Source of the DNA: Bacteroidota bacterium
Lineage (GTDB): Bacteria > Bacteroidota > Bacteroidia > UBA7662
Length of the DNA stretch: 53,036 nt
Assembly: GCA_005799065.1 (NCBI GenBank)
Contig: SYHW01000025.1
Location: forward strand, 1 to 53,036
Reading direction: 5' to 3'
The translations under genes were made by a program, and so were the position numbers. Of this stretch, positions 22,621-32,739 are shown one piece after another. A model generated the notes under the pieces. The model was not told the origin of the DNA. It worked only from the letters and a program-made list of their open reading frames with translations, and searched no databases. The first letter of the stretch is position 1; every line of letters starts with the position of its first letter.

Positions 22621-24693
22621 TTAACGTAAGGCCTCCAAGCGGTTCAGGATATCGTTGGCAGCGTCAGTTACCCGTGTGCCCGGACCAAATACCGCGCAAA
22701 CACCGGCCTCCAGAAGCAGCGGAATGTCATTAGGTGGGATCACGCCCCCTGCAACCACCAATATATCGGGACGTCCCAATTCGGCCAATGCAGCAATGAG
22801 CTCAGGGAGTAGGGTGAGGTGACCGGCCGCCAAGGTAGAAGCGCCCACTACGTGCACATCGTTGTCTACCGCTTGTCGAGCCGTTTCCATCGGCGTCTGA
22901 AACAAAGGGCCAACGTCGACATCAAATCCAAGATCGGCAAAAGAAGTGGCGATGACATGGGCCCCACGGTCGTGACCATCTTGTCCCATTTTCGCCACCA
23001 TGATGCGGGGGCGTCGGCCGGTCGACTCGGCGAACCCGGCAGCGCGCTGTCGGGCCGCCTCAAAATCTTGATCCTGTTTCATTTCTCTCGCATATACGCC
23101 GCCAATCGATTTGATCTCGGCCTTGTATCGACCAAATACCTGTTCCAGGGCAGCGGATATTTCCCCCAATGTGGCCCGAGCCTTTGCGGCTTCCACCGTT
23201 AATTCGAGGAGATTGCCTGGTCGCTCGCCCGAAGCACATGCCGCGAGTGCAGACAGGTTGTCGGCCACATGTTGGGCATCGCGTACGTTCTTCACCGCCT
23301 CAAGGCGCTCTACCTGCTGACGACGCACACGGGTGTTGTCGACCTGTAAAACATCGAGTTGCGTGGGTCTGCCCGATGAAAATCGGTTAACGCCCACAAT
23401 AATATCTGCACCCCGATCGATTCGGGCTTGTTTGGCTGCGGCCGCTTCCTCAATTCTCATTTTGGGAATGCCTGTAGCAATCGCCGCCGCCATTCCACCG
23501 AGCTCTTCAATTTCTGCTATGTGCTTACGCGCCTGATCGATGAGCTGCGTTGTAATTTGTTCGATTACCGCTGATCCACCCCAGGGATCCACCACATCGC
23601 AAATGCCCGTTTCGTGCTGGAGGTACAGCTGGGTGTTCCGGGCAATGCGTGCCGAGAAATCCGTTGGTAGTGCTATGGCTTCATCCAGGGCATTGGTATG
23701 CAAACTCTGTGTATGGCCTAAGGCAGCTGCCAAGGCTTCTACGCAGGTTCGGGCTACATTATTGTAGGGGTCCTGTGCAGTAAGGCTCCAGCCCGATGTT
23801 TGGCAATGCGTGCGCAACATGCCCGAGCGCGGATTTTGGGGCTGGAAGGCAGAGACTAAATCCCACCATAACCAGCGGCCTGCCCTCAATTTCGCTATTT
23901 CGGTGAGGTGATCCATTCCGATGGCCCAGAAAAATGATAGCCGCGGCGCAAACGCATCGATATCCAATCCGGCCGCGATGCCGGTTCGAATATACTCTAG
24001 TCCATCGCATAAGGTATAAGCCAACTCCAAATCGGCGGGCGCACCGGCCTCGTGCATATGATAGCCACTAATGCTGATGCTGTTGAAGCGGGGCATATGG
24101 CGGGCGGTGTAGGCGAAAATATCGCCAATGATGCGCATTGATGGCCCAGGCGGGTAGATATACGTATTGCGCACCATGAATTCCTTGAGAATGTCGTTTT
24201 GTATGGTGCCACTCAGTTGTTCGGGTCGTACCCCTTGTTCGAGACCAGCCACGATATAAAAGGCCATGATAGGCAATACGGCTCCATTCATGGTCATGCT
24301 CACCGACATCTCCTCCAGGGGGATGCGGTCAAACAGGCGTTTCATATCTTCCACCGTGTCTATGGCCACCCCAGCCTTGCCGACATCGCCCCGCACACGT
24401 TCGTGATCCGAATCGTAGCCCCTGTGGGTAGCCAAATCAAAAGCCACCGACAGGCCTTTTTGTCCGGCAGCCAGGTTGCGCAAATAGAAGGCATTCGACT
24501 CTTCAGCCGTTGAAAACCCAGCATATTGCCTAATCGTCCACGGATTTTTGAGGTACATACTGGCATAGGGCCCTCGAAGATAAGGGGGTGCTCCAGCTAT
24601 TGCCTGGCTGAAAACATCCGGATTTTTTTTCGTTTCCGAATTCGATGGTTCCTGAAACGTAAAATGCTTTGGATTAGGGAAGAACGGATTCAT
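22621..24693 (-). CDS. scpA: Methylmalonyl-CoA mutase, catalytic B12-binding subunit
   Basis: [39 protein letters not shown] and B12 motif GQDGHDRG. Confidence 0.96.
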   Translation of the reverse strand: MNPFFPNPKHFTFQEPSNSETKKNPDVFSQAIAGAPPYLRGPYASMYLKNPWTIRQYAGFSTAEESNAFYLRNLAAGQKGLSVAFDLATHRGYDSDHERVRGDVGKAGVAIDTVEDMKRLFDRIPLEEMSVSMTMNGAVLPIMAFYIVAGLEQGVRPEQLSGTIQNDILKEFMVRNTYIYPPGPSMRIIGDIFAYTARHMPRFNSISISGYHMHEAGAPADLELAYTLCDGLEYIRTGIAAGLDIDAFAPRLSFFWAIGMDHLTEIAKLRAGRWLWWDLVSAFQPQNPRSGMLRTHCQTSGWSLTAQDPYNNVARTCVEALAAALGHTQSLHTNALDEAIALPTDFSARIARNTQLYLQHETGICDVVDPWGGSAVIEQITTQLIDQARKHIAEIEELGGMAAAIATGIPKMRIEEAAAAKQARIDRGADIIVGVNRFSSGRPTQLDVLQVDNTRVRRQQVERLEAVKNVRDAQHVADNLSALAACASGERPGNLLELTVEAAKARATLGEISAALEQVFGRYKAEIKSIGGVYAREMKQDQDFEAARQRAAGFAESTGRRPRIMVAKMGQDGHDRGAHVIATSFADLGFDVDVGPLFQTPMETARQAVDNDVHVVGASTLAAGHLTLLPELIAALAELGRPDILVVAGGVIPPNDIPLLLEAGVCAVFGPGTRVTDAANDILNRLEALR

Positions 24694-26063
24694 GATGCAG
24701 ATGGGTTCATTGGGTTGAAGCCATCGATTCTGTAGCGGTCAACCCCTACCCGAATGCGCCTACCGGAGTTGCGCATTTCCTGTTCGAGCGCCTTTCCTTG
24801 CAGACACCATTCGTTAAGAACACTTCGCAAGGCTGTTGCATTCCACGTATTGTCTGGTGTACACAGCGCAACTAATTCACCAAAAATAGACCAAGCGCGT
24901 TCACCGAACGACCGACTCAAATGTTCTATGTAGCCGCTACCTGCACCGGCATCTAAGGGCAGGCGTGGAAACGCCTCGTGCCGAAGGATCATCTGCATTT
25001 GAAGCGACAATTCATCCGCAAAATAATCACCATTGTCCTGATTTTGGGGGTCAAAAGGGGGAAGGGACAGTGCTGTGCATCCCCCAAGCACCGAAGAAAC
25101 ACCCATGGTGGTGAGTCTCAGCAAATTGGTATGAGGATCTTCTGACGGTAAACATTCTTTAGGGATGCGCACAAGAATTTGGGGTTCAAATCTAAAGTTG
25201 CTCCCCGCATCATTCGGTTCGCTAAAAAGCGACGCCACACGATCGATGCCCGCTCTCAGGGCCCTGAGACGAGCCAGCTCATTAAAAAATTCCGTGGTAC
25301 ATCCCACAGAAAGGTAAAGAGGAAGTCCTGGTTTGGAATACCCGCTGTCCTTCGATGTTTGATGGGCATGAATCGAAAGTCTGCGATACACGCACAGCCA
25401 ACTGAGTGCCAGTTCCTGAGGGGCCGAAAGACCCCACGCACGCCAATCGGCTGTATCTACACCAAGCGGATTGAAATTCGGTACATCAAAGGCAAACTGA
25501 TCTTCAATCTTCGTCCATTGCCGCTCATCCATGACCAATAAATCAACTGCATCGCAGAGAAGGGCACCTTGAATATGTTGGGGGTCGATGTGTCCCTGAC
25601 GCATCCAGTATGCAAATCCATCAAAAAGAACCCCGGCATTCACTCCCCGGAAGAACAAAGGCGCGAATTGGGGTAAAATTCCATGTAATGACTCTGCTAA
25701 GTGCTCAGGCGATAGCCCAGACCCATCCAATAATAGGGCCTCGCCACCGTGTTGCAACGCATGAAGAGCGCGGGTATTGATATCCGAGGGCGAATGACCG
25801 CCAACCGGGGCAACCGCAAGCCAAGCTGGAGCCCAGGCTGAAGGGTCGGAATCTTCCCCAAACGGCAAGAGGGGTTTTGCGTAGGCAAACGGTCCATCGC
25901 TGGTATAATGGGGTGCGCGCGCAATACCATCCGAATCCGTTTTGATCAACGATTCGGGATGATCGAGCTTCAGTTCCTTTGACGCCCTTTGCAGCCATTC
26001 GAACCAAAGATTCGGTTGATCAGTGGTCTGTTTCGTATGGGGATGTGGTGCGGATGCCGACAT
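24690..26063 (-). CDS. mutA: Methylmalonyl-CoA mutase small (non-catalytic) subunit, divergent
   Basis: [23 protein letters not shown]...[15 protein letters not shown] and VGVDRY motifs; 4-bp overlap with the large subunit; no C-terminal B12 domain. Confidence 0.8.
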   Translation of the reverse strand: MSASAPHPHTKQTTDQPNLWFEWLQRASKELKLDHPESLIKTDSDGIARAPHYTSDGPFAYAKPLLPFGEDSDPSAWAPAWLAVAPVGGHSPSDINTRALHALQHGGEALLLDGSGLSPEHLAESLHGILPQFAPLFFRGVNAGVLFDGFAYWMRQGHIDPQHIQGALLCDAVDLLVMDERQWTKIEDQFAFDVPNFNPLGVDTADWRAWGLSAPQELALSWLCVYRRLSIHAHQTSKDSGYSKPGLPLYLSVGCTTEFFNELARLRALRAGIDRVASLFSEPNDAGSNFRFEPQILVRIPKECLPSEDPHTNLLRLTTMGVSSVLGGCTALSLPPFDPQNQDNGDYFADELSLQMQMILRHEAFPRLPLDAGAGSGYIEHLSRSFGERAWSIFGELVALCTPDNTWNATALRSVLNEWCLQGKALEQEMRNSGRRIRVGVDRYRIDGFNPMNPSAS

Positions 26064-26066
26064 AGC

Positions 26067-26867
26067 TTAGAACATTTTTTCAAGCCAATCGCCCACCCAA
26101 TAGCTCACCGCCGCGGCAGCACCGCCCAAAAACAAAGTTTCGGTCATGCCTTTGAACGCACTGCTTCTCGTAACAAAGGTCTTTAACCAGCCAATCAGCA
26201 AAAAGGCAATGGCGGTCATGCTCGAAGAGATGACGAAAAGAGGGGCCGATGAAGGGTTGAGGTAGTCGAAAACATAAACGGTAATCGGCACCAAGCCGAT
26301 CAACAGAAAGCTGAAGAAGGTAACGGTACCCATGGCCAAAGGGGATCGGGTTTCTTGCATCATCTCGAGCTCCTCTTTCATCATCACATCCACCCAACGA
26401 TCCTTGTCTGCCGTAATAGTGGTCACAATTTGCTCCAATAATTCGCCTTCAAAGCCTTTATTGCGGTAGATCTCACGGATTTCATCCCGTTCCTTTTCGG
26501 GTAGGTTGTCGACCTCCCAATATTCGATCTGCTTGTGTTTCTCGTAGTTCTGTTGCTCGCTTTTGTGACTGAGGTAGGAACCCACGCCCATTGCGAAACC
26601 ATCGGCCAGTAAATTGGCAAAGCCCAGGATGATAATAACCTGCGAACTCAATCCGGCACCCGTTGCACCGGCCACTACTGCAAAAGTGGTGACGCTTCCG
26701 TCGATCCCGCCATACACGAACTCGCCCAAATAGCGGTTTAGTCCACCCAGCCAAAACTGACCTTCTTTGTGCATTTGGTCTTCTTGGTGGCTGTTCATAG
26801 GGTTATTGGTTGAAGCATTGGTTGTTGGATCAACGAGCTTGCGCAAGCATTTAACGGTCTCGTGCAA
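26067..26867 (-). CDS. VIT1/CCC1-family metal (Fe/Mn) transporter
   Basis: [32 protein letters not shown] and acidic E...ERDEIREIY...MMKEEL motifs. Probable start at ATG 26798; -7 box at 26882-26889. Confidence 0.92.
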   Translation of the reverse strand: MHETVKCLRKLVDPTTNASTNNPMNSHQEDQMHKEGQFWLGGLNRYLGEFVYGGIDGSVTTFAVVAGATGAGLSSQVIIILGFANLLADGFAMGVGSYLSHKSEQQNYEKHKQIEYWEVDNLPEKERDEIREIYRNKGFEGELLEQIVTTITADKDRWVDVMMKEELEMMQETRSPLAMGTVTFFSFLLIGLVPITVYVFDYLNPSSAPLFVISSSMTAIAFLLIGWLKTFVTRSSAFKGMTETLFLGGAAAAVSYWVGDWLEKMF

Positions 26868-26922
26868 AAAGTGTCAAACCACAAAAATACGGATGACGCG
26901 CAAGAATTCGGTTAGATATCGA

Positions 26923-28134
26923 TTAATGAGCGTCGGCATGTTCACTTTCAGCCGAAGCATGGGCGTCGAGCCGACCAGCACCTTTTGTTACCCAAATAGT
27001 TCCTGCTTCGATCCCTTCACCCAATGCATCAAACGGACCCGACATAAAGGCACCCTTTAACGCAACCCTTCGGTATCGACCGGGGGCTAATTTTTGAAAG
27101 GCAACCCAACCTGTCTCGGTTTGTAGGAGTGCGCCCGAAGACACCGATAGTCGGTTGTTTGTTCTGAGCGGTATTCGAGCCAAAACCGACATACCGGGAC
27201 GCAAAATGGGGTCTTGTTCGCGATCGATATGACCGTGCACCCGAACGGTTCTGCGTTCCGGGTTCAGTTCTCGACCAATGCTAAAGATTTCAGCATCAAA
27301 AACCTGGGTGGGCACTCGGGTCAAACTAAAGGTGAAGGTCATTTTGGGCTGAACCTGCGGTAGGTGTGCCTCAGGTAAATCAAGCTCAACATGCATATGG
27401 CTCAAGTCCAAAACCCCGACCAATTCCCCCGTACGTTCTGTAAATTGGCCAGGAAATGCGTTCACAGTGGTCACATACCCAGAAAAGGGTGACTTAACCG
27501 GAAATTCTCCCGAAATCTGTTTGGCATCAATGCGCGTGGGGTCGATATGGAGTCGCTGCAATTGGGCCGCCAAAGATGCCCTTTGGGCCAGGCTAGACCG
27601 ATAATCGGCACGCGTTTGCTCCAAAGTGCGTCGATCGGTTGCCTGCTTTTGTGCGAGGATCTCCTGCCGCTCTGTCTCGGCTTCGAGAAAGGAGATGCGG
27701 GCAGAATTTTCAAGGTATGAACGCTGCAACTCCACCGCATCTGGATGCTCGAGCACCATAAGAACCTGTCCCTGGCTCACTTTTTCCCCTTCTTTTACCC
27801 GTACACTTTTCACAAAGGCAGGAATCGGGGCATGCAATCGGGCATAATGCTGGGGCGGCACTTCCAATAAGCCGTTGAGCACAAGTTCATCGCCCACTGC
27901 GTTGAGACGTGCTGTATCTGTCGATAAATCAGCCAGCCGTTCCTGCTCAGATGTCAGCCAAATTTCGCCGGCGGGCTGAGCGCCATCTTGTGTAGTGCCT
28001 ATTTTTTTAGGGTCATTGGCTTGATCTGCTTCTCCATCTTGTTGGCTGCTACAAGCCGTAAACGAGAGCAAAAGGTACAATAGAAAAAATTCGGCGCGTG
28101 GTCGAAAGGAAGGAATAGGATAATTGTGAATCAT
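26923..28134 (-). CDS. RND heavy-metal efflux periplasmic adaptor (CzcB/CusB type)
   Basis: Lipobox FTAC; lipoyl halves V+EGEKV..GQVL and SPFSGYV; LRPGM; His/acidic C-terminal tail. Confidence 0.9.
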   Translation of the reverse strand: MIHNYPIPSFRPRAEFFLLYLLLSFTACSSQQDGEADQANDPKKIGTTQDGAQPAGEIWLTSEQERLADLSTDTARLNAVGDELVLNGLLEVPPQHYARLHAPIPAFVKSVRVKEGEKVSQGQVLMVLEHPDAVELQRSYLENSARISFLEAETERQEILAQKQATDRRTLEQTRADYRSSLAQRASLAAQLQRLHIDPTRIDAKQISGEFPVKSPFSGYVTTVNAFPGQFTERTGELVGVLDLSHMHVELDLPEAHLPQVQPKMTFTFSLTRVPTQVFDAEIFSIGRELNPERRTVRVHGHIDREQDPILRPGMSVLARIPLRTNNRLSVSSGALLQTETGWVAFQKLAPGRYRRVALKGAFMSGPFDALGEGIEAGTIWVTKGAGRLDAHASAESEHADAH

Positions 28135-28158
28135 ACTGATGGTCGTTGATCAAGATTA

Positions 28159-29208
28159 TTAATCGGCATAGGTTAGGGCAGCCAGGCGATGAACAGAAAG
28201 ATGAAGCTGGTATTCGTTGTAGAGGTTGTCGAGGCGCGATTGATGAATGTTTTCCATAGTCTGGGCATACTCGTAGTAGGTTAAACGTCCCTGAGCCAGC
28301 ATAAAATTGGCTTGTTCAAGTAGTTCGTTTAAGCGCGGATCAATCTCATTGATTTGTTTACGAACCCGCTCCGCATACATGCCACTCTCTTGTCGGGCCT
28401 GATGTTCCTCATGACTCATATAGAGGGCCTCGCGGCTCAATTTGAGGTCGTTTCGCATACGCATCAAACGAACGGCCTCTACAGAGGAAGCAGCCCGCAA
28501 GGGCACAAGAGGCAAGCTCAGTTGCACCATAATACCACGGAATCCGGCCACCTGTTCGAGCGACTGGTTAAAGGCCCCCAGGCTAATTTCTGGTCCAAAC
28601 GATGCTTTTTGGACGTTTTCGGCCTGAAGGTCGAGCGCACGTTGTGCAGCCCATATCCTCCTCATGGGGTGGGAACGGGCAGCACCCGGCTTGCTTATTT
28701 CTCCCACCGGCCACCCGGGTGATTCAGACAAAGTATCTAGGGCACACAACTTGCATAATGTTCGGATAGCCTGTTCGTGCTCCAGTCGAGCCCTGGGCAG
28801 CTGCCAGTTGAGGGCATCGAGCTGCTGTTGCGATAACAGAGCCGACAAGCGGTCGGCGGTTCCTACATCCGTTCGCATTTGCACAACACGATCGGCTTGC
28901 TGCCACACCTGTGCATGCCGGCCCAATAAACGGAGACGTTCTCCAAAATAGGCCACTGCGCTATAGGCATCCCGTATCTCATGGGTCAATTGAAGGCGGA
29001 TCTCCTCCCTCCGTGCCTTTGCCAATTCCACCTCGAGTCGACCATACTTCAAGCCGGCACCGAGAGCGAACGGAGCGCCTAGCGGTTGCAGAAATGATAC
29101 ATTTCGGTCTACCAGCGCATAGTTGATTTGCCCGCGGTCGAAGTTGAATTGGGTTTTACCCGGAAACCACAGTTGTGCCATTTGTGCTTCAGCTTCCTGA
29201 ATGGCCAA
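28159..29208 (-). CDS. TolC/CzcC outer-membrane factor domain; in-frame continuation of czcA past one TAG
   Basis: Coiled-coil OEP-like repeats. The same frame is open back to 29283 (DVWRQKRDQWIEQAVRAHPRLQEANL) and is the czcA frame. No signal peptide of its own. Confidence 0.8.
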   Translation of the reverse strand: MAIQEAEAQMAQLWFPGKTQFNFDRGQINYALVDRNVSFLQPLGAPFALGAGLKYGRLEVELAKARREEIRLQLTHEIRDAYSAVAYFGERLRLLGRHAQVWQQADRVVQMRTDVGTADRLSALLSQQQLDALNWQLPRARLEHEQAIRTLCKLCALDTLSESPGWPVGEISKPGAARSHPMRRIWAAQRALDLQAENVQKASFGPEISLGAFNQSLEQVAGFRGIMVQLSLPLVPLRAASSVEAVRLMRMRNDLKLSREALYMSHEEHQARQESGMYAERVRKQINEIDPRLNELLEQANFMLAQGRLTYYEYAQTMENIHQSRLDNLYNEYQLHLSVHRLAALTYAD

Positions 29209-29283
29209 ATTGGCCTCTTGAAGCCGGGGGTGTGCACGAACCGCTTGTTCGATCCATTGGTCTCTTTTTTGCCGCCAAACGTC

Positions 29284-32200
29284 CTAATCGGGTCGCCCTG
29301 TATCAACGATTTGATCGTTGGATGCTTGTTGTGCCACGGCAGAAGGGGATCCAACGAGTCCACACCCAAAAATGAACAAACACAATACAAACACTGGAGC
29401 ATGCCCCGTAGAAACCTGATTCGAAGCATCCATGCTGGGGGTTGATTTTCTGCGTTCAAACAAAATATACAAGGCGGGGAGTACCAGCAGGGTCAGCAGG
29501 GTTGACGTTATCAATCCACCCACCACTACGGTAGCCAGGGGTTGTTGCACTTCAGCCCCTGCTGAGGTACTCAGTGCCATAGGCACGAAACCCAATGCGG
29601 CTACCAGGGCAGTCATGAGAACAGGTCTCAAGCGGTCCAAACATCCCTCCACCACCCGGCCAGTGAGATTACCCACCTGATCCGTGTTGCCCTTTTCTTC
29701 ATCACGCATTTGGTTGAGGTGCCCCACCAAAACAAGTCCGTTGAGCACGGCCACACCAAACAGTGCAATAAAACCAATGGCAGCGGAAATGCTAAAGGGA
29801 AGATCGCGAAAATAGAGCGCTAAAATGCCTCCCAGCGCGCTGAGGGGCACAGCGGTTAGGATCATGAGCGCGTGTCGCCACGTCCGTATACTCACGCGCA
29901 GCAACAAAGCAATCAACAATAGCGTCACCGGTACAGCCCACGACAACCGCAGCCGTGCGTCGTTCAGCTGTTTATACTGACCTTCGTATTGTACTGAATA
30001 GCCAGGAGGAAGTTTAAGCTGCTCTTTAATCTTTTGCTGTATATCGTTCACCAATCCCTCTAAATCACGTCCCCGAACATTGATCAGTACGTTCAGGTAG
30101 CGTTGGGTATTGTCGCGACTCACCAAACTCGGTCCTTGTTCCAGCGTAAATTGGCCTACAGAACTCAGGGGAATCAGTTGCCCTGCAGAATTTTTCACCA
30201 TCAAAGCCGATACACGTTCCGGTTGATGGCGGATCGAGTCGTTGAGTCGTACCACCACTTCATGCCGAGCATCGCCCTCAAAAACCACGCCGGCCGAACC
30301 ACCGGCAAAAGCCAGCTCCAATTCGCGGTTAACCGTGGCGACATCCAAGCCATGCCATGCCAATTGGGTTCGGTCCCAACGCACCATAAGCTGCGGAAGC
30401 CCTTCGGTGGCCTGAACCAACACATCACCCGCACCAGGAACATTCCTGCACAATTCCGCTGCTTGTTCGCCCAGTGATGCCAAAACCCCCAGCTCTGAAC
30501 CGTATATACGCACCGCCAAGTCACTTTTCACACCCGTGAGCAATTCGTTGAAGCGCAACTGAATGGGCTGGGTGAATTCAAATCCAACACCCGGAATTTC
30601 TTCGAGTTTTTCCTTCATGCGTTCCACCAGTTCTTCCCGACTGTTCGCGCTGGTCCAATCCTCCCGCGGTTTGAGGAGGATCATCACATCCGAATCCTCT
30701 ATAGCCATTGGATCGGTTGGTATTTCGGCTGTACCGATTTTGCTTACTACACCCCGAACCTCAGGAAAATGCGTCAACAAAATCCGCTCCGCAACCGTAC
30801 TGGCCCGGATGCTCTCGCCCAAATTACTGCCAGGTCGCACCGTCATCTGCATGGCTAAATCACCCTCCTCCAGGGTAGGCACAAAAACACTCCCAAGACG
30901 AGAAAAGAGCCAGAATCCGAACAAAAGGGCGACAAAAGACATTGCCAGAGTCGTTTTGGGGTTGCGCAAAGCACTGAAAAGGGCAGGGCGATAGATGCGC
31001 CGGGCTCCTGACATCAGAGAATCACTCCACCGGGCCGTTCGGTCACTGCTTTTTGTTGCCAGAGCAAAGGAGGCCATCACGGGTACATAGGTCAACGACA
31101 GCAGCAAAGCCCCAAATAATGCCATTCCAACCGTTATGGCCATGGGTTGAAACATTTTGCCCTCAACACCACCTAAGGCCAAAATGGGAAGATAGACCGA
31201 CATGATGATGATTTCACCGAATGCGGCCGACTTCCGAATGCTGCGTGCAGCACCCAAAGCGAGTGTGTCGGCTTGTGCCGAAGGAATAGCTCCTCCGCTG
31301 CCATTCTTCTGAAACACATGAACAATGCGTTCAACAATGATCACAGCGCCATCCACGACCAAGCCAAAATCGATGGCGCCCAAACTCATGAGATTGGCGG
31401 AAATGCCCAGCACACGCATAATCCCCAACGCAAACAGCAATGAAAGGGGGATGACCGAGGCCACCACCAATCCAGCACGTAGGCTGCCCATGAACAGCAC
31501 CAAAACAAACACCACAATCAGTCCGCCTTCGAGTAGGTTGTTGCGCACCGTCCGCAAAACCCGCCCGAGCAGGTCCGAGCGATCCAAATACGGTACAATC
31601 CGAACACCTTTCGGCAACATCGTCTGCACTTCTTCCATTCGCTTGTGCACGGTCTCCAAGGTTTGATATGCATTCGACCCCTTCAGCATCAACACAATGC
31701 CCCCAACCGCCTCACCACGCCCATCACGCGTCATCGCCCCAAAGCGCACTGCTTGTCCATCCACAATCTTGGCCACCTGTCCCAGGAGCACAGGTCTTTC
31801 ATCGCGATAGGCCACCACCGATTGCTCCAACGCGCGCGGTGTCGTGGCAAGGCCTTCCGCCCGAATATACACCGCATCAGACCCACGTTCGAGGTAACTG
31901 CCACCCGCGTTGCCATGATTGCGCACAACCGCTTCCCAAACCTCACCCACCGTCAGGTTGAGGCCCCTCAGCGCAGCGTCGTCGATGGCAACCACATGCT
32001 GTTTTACACCCCCCCCAAAGCTACTCACTTCCACTACACCCTCCATCCCTGCGAGTCGTCTTTTCACCAGCCAATCTTGTATGCTTCGCAACTTCCGGAC
32101 GTCATATGCTTGCTCAAAGCCAGGTTCTAACTCCAAAGTATATTGGTATATCTCACCCAATCCGGTGGTCATGGGCATCATTGTGGGTTTGCCATGCCAT

Positions 32201-32568
32201 GTGCCCCCCTCTTGCTGCAAGCTGTTCAGCTGTTCCGAAACCAATTGCCGGGCCTGTAGGTGGGGTACATCCTCCCTAAAAATGAGGGTCACCACACTGA
32301 GGCCGAAGCGCGACAAACTGCGAATATTCTCCACGCCGGGTAAATTGGCCATAGCCTGTTCTACAGGAATGGTCAGGTAGCGTTCAACCTCCTGAGGGGC
32401 CAAGGCCGGACTGTGGGTAATGACCTGAATCTGGTTGTTGGTGATGTCGGGAACAGCATCAAAAGGCAGCTGCCAGGCCGAATACAGGCCCCACACAATC
32501 AGGGCTGCAATCCCTGCAGCCACTGCCATTTTATTGCGCATGCTTTGGTTAATGAGCCAATCAAACAT
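29284..32568 (-). CDS. czcA: CzcA/CusA-family heavy-metal RND transporter (Czc-type, divalent cations)
   Basis: DAVPDITNNQ, ANLMSLGAIDFGLVVDGAVIIVE, AEIPTDPM, QPIQLRFNEL, RLRPVLMT and GAEVQQPLATVVVGG motifs; start at ATG 32568 (MFDWLI). The CusA Met-triad context is not seen. Confidence 0.93.
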   Translation of the reverse strand: MFDWLINQSMRNKMAVAAGIAALIVWGLYSAWQLPFDAVPDITNNQIQVITHSPALAPQEVERYLTIPVEQAMANLPGVENIRSLSRFGLSVVTLIFREDVPHLQARQLVSEQLNSLQQEGGTWHGKPTMMPMTTGLGEIYQYTLELEPGFEQAYDVRKLRSIQDWLVKRRLAGMEGVVEVSSFGGGVKQHVVAIDDAALRGLNLTVGEVWEAVVRNHGNAGGSYLERGSDAVYIRAEGLATTPRALEQSVVAYRDERPVLLGQVAKIVDGQAVRFGAMTRDGRGEAVGGIVLMLKGSNAYQTLETVHKRMEEVQTMLPKGVRIVPYLDRSDLLGRVLRTVRNNLLEGGLIVVFVLVLFMGSLRAGLVVASVIPLSLLFALGIMRVLGISANLMSLGAIDFGLVVDGAVIIVERIVHVFQKNGSGGAIPSAQADTLALGAARSIRKSAAFGEIIIMSVYLPILALGGVEGKMFQPMAITVGMALFGALLLSLTYVPVMASFALATKSSDRTARWSDSLMSGARRIYRPALFSALRNPKTTLAMSFVALLFGFWLFSRLGSVFVPTLEEGDLAMQMTVRPGSNLGESIRASTVAERILLTHFPEVRGVVSKIGTAEIPTDPMAIEDSDVMILLKPREDWTSANSREELVERMKEKLEEIPGVGFEFTQPIQLRFNELLTGVKSDLAVRIYGSELGVLASLGEQAAELCRNVPGAGDVLVQATEGLPQLMVRWDRTQLAWHGLDVATVNRELELAFAGGSAGVVFEGDARHEVVVRLNDSIRHQPERVSALMVKNSAGQLIPLSSVGQFTLEQGPSLVSRDNTQRYLNVLINVRGRDLEGLVNDIQQKIKEQLKLPPGYSVQYEGQYKQLNDARLRLSWAVPVTLLLIALLLRVSIRTWRHALMILTAVPLSALGGILALYFRDLPFSISAAIGFIALFGVAVLNGLVLVGHLNQMRDEEKGNTDQVGNLTGRVVEGCLDRLRPVLMTALVAALGFVPMALSTSAGAEVQQPLATVVVGGLITSTLLTLLVLPALYILFERRKSTPSMDASNQVSTGHAPVFVLCLFIFGCGLVGSPSAVAQQASNDQIVDTGRPD

Positions 32569-32699
32569 AAAGATCAGATTAGGGTAAAGGGTGATGCAAT
32601 TCAAGCAAGAGCGGACTCCTTAAATGGCGATTCATGAACCCGAAGCTCATAGCACCTACACGAAAAGCGGAGACTTCTCACCAAAAAAAGAGTCGATCG

Positions 32700-32739
32700 G
32701 TGGTCAATCAGGCCACCAGGAAGTGGTCAATCAGGCCAC
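32700..32739. repeat. 17-bp direct repeat (period 23) spanning the uORF stop codon
   Basis: GTGGTCAATCAGGCCAC at 32700-32716 and 32723-32739; each copy is also self-complementary at its ends (GTGG...CCAC). Confidence 0.95.

Noticed and set aside
26064-26922. Cobalamin riboswitch for the mutase genes
   Set aside because: Only 3 bp separate VIT1 and mutA, and I recognised no B12-box upstream of VIT1.
29284-29286. Genome-wide TAG reassignment or pyrrolysine
   Set aside because: TAG ends tamB, purQ, the STAS gene and the cohesin gene at sensible C-termini, and no pyl genes are present in the window.
29109-29459. Alternative-frame ORF across the czcA/TolC junction suggesting a frameshift
   Set aside because: czcA and TolC are already in the same frame, so the break is a stop codon, not a frameshift.
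32569-32730. NiCo (czcD) riboswitch in the czcA leader
   Set aside because: I could not match the four-way-junction consensus by eye; an Rfam scan would be needed to exclude it fully.
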